NCBI RefSeq assembly: GCF_009834535.1
Contig: NC_045697.1
Location: 105,836,001-105,900,000, forward strand
Source of the DNA: Camelus ferus
Taxonomy: Eukaryota
Reading direction: 5' to 3'
DNA: 64,000 nt
The position numbers and the translations under genes are program-made. Below, piece by piece: positions 63,750 to 64,000 of the stretch (within the stretch, counting starts at the first letter, position 1; the number at the start of each line of letters is the position of its first letter). The notes beneath the pieces were generated by a model. That model did no database searches, had not been told where the DNA came from, and saw only the letters and a list, made by a program, of their open reading frames with translations.

Positions 63750-64000
63750 TCCAATATTGACCTTTTTCTTACTCCAATTACTCACTCAAAGTCTGAATTT
63801 GAATACCTAGCAAATATTCCAATGCACCGTGCATACAACTAAACTCTTTATTCCTTGCAAAACTGCTTTTAAAGTTCTTCTCTGTGCTTTAGACATTCAA
63901 GCCAAATATTTAGAATCATCCTTCTTCGTTTCTCTTACACCTCCCACAGTCTAGCCATCATCAAATACCATTAACTCTACTTTGCAAATACATTCCAAAT
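63750..64000 (+). mobile_element. LINE-2 fragment
   Basis: 'tcaagccaaatatttagaatcatccttc..ctagccatcatcaaatacc..ctactttgcaaatacattccaaat'. Confidence 0.65.

Overview
This is AT-rich, CpG-poor mammalian genomic DNA. It is very likely from a camelid (alpaca, llama or camel), because it carries a Vic-1-type tRNA-derived SINE at about 38.8 kb. I could not recognise any intact protein-coding gene, RNA gene or CRISPR array, so the window looks intronic or intergenic. The ORFs with recognisable homology are decayed L1 ORF2 or ERV-L pol fragments, and the rest look like chance ORFs. Much of the window is interspersed repeat: old and young L1, L2, MIR, L3/CR1, MaLR LTRs, two decayed ERV-L proviruses, ERV1-like solo LTRs, Tigger1 and MER94. 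Four structures stand out. (1) A 5'-truncated calreticulin (CALR) 3'UTR retrocopy at 55.8-56.6 kb is interrupted by a second, antisense, poly(A)-tailed non-TE insertion with its own target-site duplication (TSD). (2) An L2-derived local inverted duplication of about 200 bp at 17.6-18.6 kb could fold into long dsRNA. (3) A four-layer nested retroelement stack spans 8.3-16.1 kb. (4) A two-LTR ERV-L provirus at 30.8-36.0 kb has defined internal deletions. Family names come from remembered consensus sequences, not a database search, and boundaries of old repeats are approximate. I found no convincing novel biological system.
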